DNA of 64,000 nt. Source: an uncultured Bacteroidales bacterium. GTDB lineage: Bacteria; Bacteroidota; Bacteroidia; Bacteroidales; FEN-979. The position numbers were made by a program, and so were the translations under genes. Of this stretch, positions 63,625-64,000 are shown in pieces. Within the stretch, counting starts at the first letter, position 1; each line of letters begins with the position of its first letter. The notes under the pieces were generated by a model that made no database searches, had not been told where the DNA came from, and saw nothing but the letters and a program-made list of their open reading frames with translations. The stretch covers positions 1,862 to 65,861 of the forward strand of contig CAIWMX010000002.1 in NCBI GenBank assembly GCA_903913885.1, read 5' to 3'.

Positions 63625-64000
63625 ATGAGGTCAAATTTTTTCCGGATCAAACTTTTCTTGTCGGGAATGTCCCTTTTTGTTCTGTTTTGTTCTGTTTGCG
63701 CGCAGGAATGCCATACAATTGCTCATTCAGAAAATATAAAGCAAAACCTGAGGCCTGATGAAGTGATGCTTGAATATTCAGTTTCCGATTCATTGGTTCT
63801 GGTAAACGCCATTACATTCGATTCAACCTTATATGCCAGTCAGTCTCTTAACCCGTTATTCTGGACTTCCCTGAAAACTTTTCGTAAGAAACTCAGATCG
63901 GCTGATCCAAATGAATTTTCGATCCTCGGCCAGGTGCTTTATCTCTACCTTGTCAGTCCCATCAAGGATTTCCTGTCGGGCAAGAGACGATTGATCATAA
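63625..64000 (+). CDS. CHAT (caspase-like) domain protein, 3' partial, with signal peptide
   Basis: Not in the ORF track because it has no stop in the window. It translates MRSNFFRIKLFLSGMSLFVLFCSVCAQ...IKQNLRPDEVMLEYSV...GQVLYLYLVSPIKDFLSGKRRLII, matching the typical entry into a CHAT domain. Confidence 0.75.
   Translation, partial: MRSNFFRIKLFLSGMSLFVLFCSVCAQECHTIAHSENIKQNLRPDEVMLEYSVSDSLVLVNAITFDSTLYASQSLNPLFWTSLKTFRKKLRSADPNEFSILGQVLYLYLVSPIKDFLSGKRRLII

Overview
This window is a chromosomal segment from a Bacteroidota bacterium, probably an environmental Bacteroidales lineage, judged from the T9SS cargo proteins, PorP/SprF, TAnnTTTG promoter elements and DUF2723. The first half is dominated by two T9SS surface proteins. 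One is the 3' end of a SprB-repeat protein ending in dockerin-like, cohesin-like and type A CTD domains. The other is a ~8,450-aa type B cargo protein followed by its PorP/SprF partner. Its core is 43 Ig/PKD-like domains arranged as six copies of a 7-domain super-repeat with an exact 2,013-bp period. Next come a RAYT-type HUH transposase with a REP-like hairpin and a 34-bp tandem array, rlmF, a heparinase II/III-like T9SS protein and a decayed T9SS gene bracketed by 9-bp tandem arrays. Housekeeping genes follow (gpmA, radC, birA, ung, ispE, lptG-like, tgt, hutU), along with an MbnP/MbnH-like pair. At the right edge is an ECF sigma / anti-sigma-like / signal peptide-CHAT protease module. A family of 9-bp AATGCAnnC arrays recurs directly after stop codons. 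No rRNA, tRNA or CRISPR array was recognised. All family calls come from reading motifs by eye, not from database searches.
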